Source: Candidatus Daviesbacteria bacterium (GTDB lineage Bacteria; Patescibacteriota; Microgenomatia; Daviesbacterales; UBA10151). Taken from it: a stretch of DNA of 64,000 bases. This document shows positions 61,200-64,000 of this stretch, in pieces; positions within the stretch are counted from its first letter, which is position 1; the number at the start of each line of letters is the position of its first letter. The position numbers and the translations under genes are program-made. The DNA is taken from positions 7,878-71,877 of the forward strand of contig JACOXD010000006.1 of the NCBI GenBank assembly GCA_016176465.1. Reading direction: 5' to 3'. The notes under the pieces were generated by a model. The model was not told the DNA's origin, did no database searches, and worked only from the letters and a program-made list of their open reading frames with translations.

Positions 61200-61725
61200 A
61201 ATTGTTATTATGCAAGATTTACAAAATAAACCAAAAGATGCTCCAGTAGCTGGAGAAAACACAATAGTTGAAGCTGCGCCAGCAGAGCCTGCAAAAGAAG
61301 CAGCTGAAGTTTTAGAGAAAGTAGAGGAACCTAAACCTGTTTCAGCAAGCTTAGAAAAAATAATTGAACAGATTGAAAAATTATCTGTTTTAGAGTTGGC
61401 TGATTTGGTTCATGCTCTTGAAGAAAGATTTGGAGTAAGCGCAGCAGCTCCTGTAGCAGTTGCAGCAGGTGCCCCCTCCACCGGAGGTGCCGGCGAGCCA
61501 CAGGAAGAACAAACTACTTTTAATGTAGTTTTGGCAAATGCTGGAGCTAATAAAATTGGTGTTATTAAAGCAGTTAGAGAGTTAGTTCCAACTTTAGGAT
61601 TAAAAGAGGCTAAAGATTTAGTTGAAAGCGCACCAAAACCAGTTTTGGAAGGCGTTAATAAGCAGACCGCTGAGGGGGCAAAAGCTAGATTAGTTAGTGC
61701 TGGGGCTCAAGTTGAGTTACAGTAA
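61195..61725 (+). CDS. rplL: 50S ribosomal protein L7/L12 (start 61195 or 61210)
   Basis: [30 protein letters not shown]. Confidence 0.97.
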   Translation: MTIVIMQDLQNKPKDAPVAGENTIVEAAPAEPAKEAAEVLEKVEEPKPVSASLEKIIEQIEKLSVLELADLVHALEERFGVSAAAPVAVAAGAPSTGGAGEPQEEQTTFNVVLANAGANKIGVIKAVRELVPTLGLKEAKDLVESAPKPVLEGVNKQTAEGAKARLVSAGAQVELQ

Positions 61726-61808
61726 TAGCTTGGTCAGTTAACGGTCAAGCTTGCGAAATACTTCGCTTTTTACAATGATCGTTGTCTTGTAAAGGCTACG
61801 TATTTCTT

Positions 61809-61874
61809 AAGGAGACTGCTAATGAGGCTAAGACGAAACTTACAGCTTCTGGAGCAACAATAGAACTGCAGTAA
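61809..61874 (+). pseudogene. second (displaced) rplL 3' end
   Basis: KETANEAKTKLTASGATIELQ* versus [21 protein letters not shown] (61660-61725). Confidence 0.88.
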
Positions 61875-61958
61875 ATTTAGATACAAGAAGCTTGGCATCT
61901 GGTATCTATTTTCGTATCTTGACATGTTCTGAAAATATGTGATATACAAAAGATTAGT

Positions 61959-62195
61959 ATGGCAGATAAAATCTCACTTGAAAATCTCCCAGATTTACTC
62001 ACAGTAAAAGAAGTTGCTCAAGTTCTAAGAGTATCTCCCCTAACAATTAAAAGGTGGGGTAAAAGAGGAAAACTCCCGGCAATTAGAATAAATTCCAGAG
62101 GTGATAGGAGATATAAGAAGGAAGCAGTTCTTTGGTTATTGGGAATCTCCCAAAAATCTTCTGCAGATTCTGGTTCTGGCTCTCCATCATATTAG
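61959..62195 (+). CDS. MerR/excisionase-like HTH DNA-binding protein
   Basis: LLTVKEVAQVLRVSPLTIKRW...GDRRY. Confidence 0.88.
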   Translation: MADKISLENLPDLLTVKEVAQVLRVSPLTIKRWGKRGKLPAIRINSRGDRRYKKEAVLWLLGISQKSSADSGSGSPSY

Positions 62196-62252
62196 CAATT
62201 AAGTAACTATTTATGCTAGTTGCTATAGATTAGACTTTTACAATAGGAAAAA

Positions 62253-63032
62253 CTATTTTTTCAGAATTAAGAAAATAAATTTCACAAGAGCATCAAATCT
62301 TTTTATCCTCCAAGGTTGAACTATTAATCTAAATAACCATTCAAATCCTATCAGTCTAATAAAAAGTGGTGCTCTTGGAATCTTTCCTGAGATATAATCA
62401 AGGGTGCCTCCAACACCGATAAATACTTTACTATCAATATGTTTTATATTTTCCTTGATCCATTTCTCTTGCTTTCCATGACCAAAAGCTACCAATAAAA
62501 TATCAACTTTTTCTATTTTTATTTTTTCATTATTTAGCATTTCTCCATCACTACTTATTTTTCCACCATGATCTGTATAGACAATTTTCAAATTGGGAAA
62601 TTTAGTTAACAAGCGCTCTTTTGCTTTGGCTGCTACATTTTTTTGCCCTCCCAAAAGGCCTATTCTAAAGCCTTTTTCCTCACAAATAGACATAAATTTC
62701 AGTATTAAATCTGTACCAGTTACTGTAGGAAATTTGCTTTCTATCAATTTAGGAAATATAAAAAAAGGCCAGTAGATCAATTTCACTATAAAGTTGTTAG
62801 TTTCTAAAACTTTTAGTGCCCATCCTAACCTAGAACTATCGGGAATAGATAAATCTGCATCATTTATTATTTTTTTAAATTCTAAATCTTTCTGAGCCTG
62901 TATAATTATTTCTACATTGGTTGTGACTATATAGTGTTTACCCTGGCCACTAATCCAGACTTGAATATGTTTTAAAACATCTTGGTAATTTACTTTACTT
63001 ACTTTTACTCCTAAGATATTAACTTGCTCCAC
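62253..63032 (-). CDS. WecB/TagA/CpsF glycosyltransferase
   Basis: VTTNVE, VTGTDL, KQEKWI, GVGG, EWLFRL. Confidence 0.92.
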   Translation of the reverse strand: MEQVNILGVKVSKVNYQDVLKHIQVWISGQGKHYIVTTNVEIIIQAQKDLEFKKIINDADLSIPDSSRLGWALKVLETNNFIVKLIYWPFFIFPKLIESKFPTVTGTDLILKFMSICEEKGFRIGLLGGQKNVAAKAKERLLTKFPNLKIVYTDHGGKISSDGEMLNNEKIKIEKVDILLVAFGHGKQEKWIKENIKHIDSKVFIGVGGTLDYISGKIPRAPLFIRLIGFEWLFRLIVQPWRIKRFDALVKFIFLILKK

Positions 63033-64000
63033 TGTTTACCTCCTTAAATAGCTTAAGTGTCTCTTTTGCAGCTATCTGCCAAGAAAATTTATTTAACTGC
63101 AAATAACCCTTTTTTGTTAGTTTATCCCTAAAATTATTATCCGTTAATTTGATCATACCATCTCTAATTGCATCAATATTATAAGGGTCAACCAAAATGG
63201 CTGCCTCACCTGCAACTTCAGGTAAGGAGGAAATATTTGAAGTTAAAACAGGACAGCCACAAGAGAAAGCCTCCAATATAGGCAAGCCAAATCCTTCAAA
63301 CAGGGAAGGATATACTAAACCTAGTGCTCCGGAATACAAAGCAGGCAAATCCCTATCTTCCACCCTGCCCAGAAATTTTACTTTACCTTCAATTCCCAGC
63401 TTCTTTGGTAACTCGTAAATTTCATCAGATTTCCACCCTTTATCTCCTACTAAAACTAATTTAATACTGTCATTCTGAACCGAAGGTGAAGAATCTATCA
63501 AACTATTCTTTCGCACTTGAGATCCTTCCTCGCTAAAAGGGGCCCGTGCCCTCAGGATGACATCACTAAAAGCCTTAATTAATCTCTCCAGATTTTTCCT
63601 TGGCTGAATTGTTCCTACAAAGAGAAAAAAGTTTTTTGATACTAGGTTATACTGCCTCAAACTGTTTACTAACATCTTACCTTTGACAGCTTTAAATACC
63701 TCTCTATCTACTCCTTCATAAATAACTTTAATTTTTTCCTCCTTAATCCCTACTTTTTCTACTAAATCTTTCTTTGTAGCATTTGATACTGCAATAATTT
63801 TTATGGCAGTTTTGAGTTGAATTTTGGTTATAAATTTTAGATATAAGATTTGTTTTAGCTGATGGTATCCAGGCAGGTATTCTGAACCCAAATCATGAAC
63901 AGTAAGTACAGTTTTAAGTCTTGGATTTCTAACTATGGGCAAAGTATGCGCAGGTATAAAAAGAAGATCTAAGTTATCCTTAAAGGTTTCAATTCCCAAT
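63019..64000 (-). CDS. GT4 glycosyltransferase (5' end outside the window)
   Basis: VGTIQPRKN, EGFGLPILEA. Confidence 0.93.
   Translation of the reverse strand, partial: LGIETFKDNLDLLFIPAHTLPIVRNPRLKTVLTVHDLGSEYLPGYHQLKQILYLKFITKIQLKTAIKIIAVSNATKKDLVEKVGIKEEKIKVIYEGVDREVFKAVKGKMLVNSLRQYNLVSKNFFLFVGTIQPRKNLERLIKAFSDVILRARAPFSEEGSQVRKNSLIDSSPSVQNDSIKLVLVGDKGWKSDEIYELPKKLGIEGKVKFLGRVEDRDLPALYSGALGLVYPSLFEGFGLPILEAFSCGCPVLTSNISSLPEVAGEAAILVDPYNIDAIRDGMIKLTDNNFRDKLTKKGYLQLNKFSWQIAAKETLKLFKEVNSGAS
63469..63561. repeat. 93-bp GTCAT...ATGAC element in frame in GT4
   Basis: encodes VILRARAPFSEEGSQVRKNSLIDSSPSVQND. Confidence 0.92.

Noticed and set aside
61959-62195. Excisionase marking a prophage at the rplL scar
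   Set aside because: No integrase or phage genes; it lies outside the duplicated segment and looks like a stand-alone HTH regulator.

Overview
AT-rich bacterial chromosome segment, standard code. Gene content and style suggest Patescibacteria/CPR, probably Microgenomates (inference). The housekeeping backbone is topA, Clp ATPase, dprA, pbp2-mreDCB (split by a pyrC/E/F/D block), def-fmt, rpmB, and tRNA-Thr/tRNA-Thr/rpmG/tRNA-Trp/secE/nusG/rplKAJL, which keeps canonical order but is stretched over ~37 kb by inserted genes. No CRISPR array, rRNA, transposase or integrase is visible. Main unexplained structure: (1) secE and rplL each have two same-length, diverged 3' ends separated by a hairpin that pairs across the junction; (2) a DUF3800 gene with a structured ncRNA lies between two ~83%-identical copies of a promoter plus gene start; (3) several modular, nested REP-like palindrome families are inserted in frame in topA, pyrC, fmt, rplA and glycosyltransferases, supply start/stop codons, and sit inside the L10 leader; (4) an orphan ~260-nt ncRNA has its own promoter and terminator; (5) a cluster of Cys-rich exported proteins includes two sharing an unrecognised 6-Cys module and one ending in a kinase-like domain. 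All alignments and folds were done by eye.
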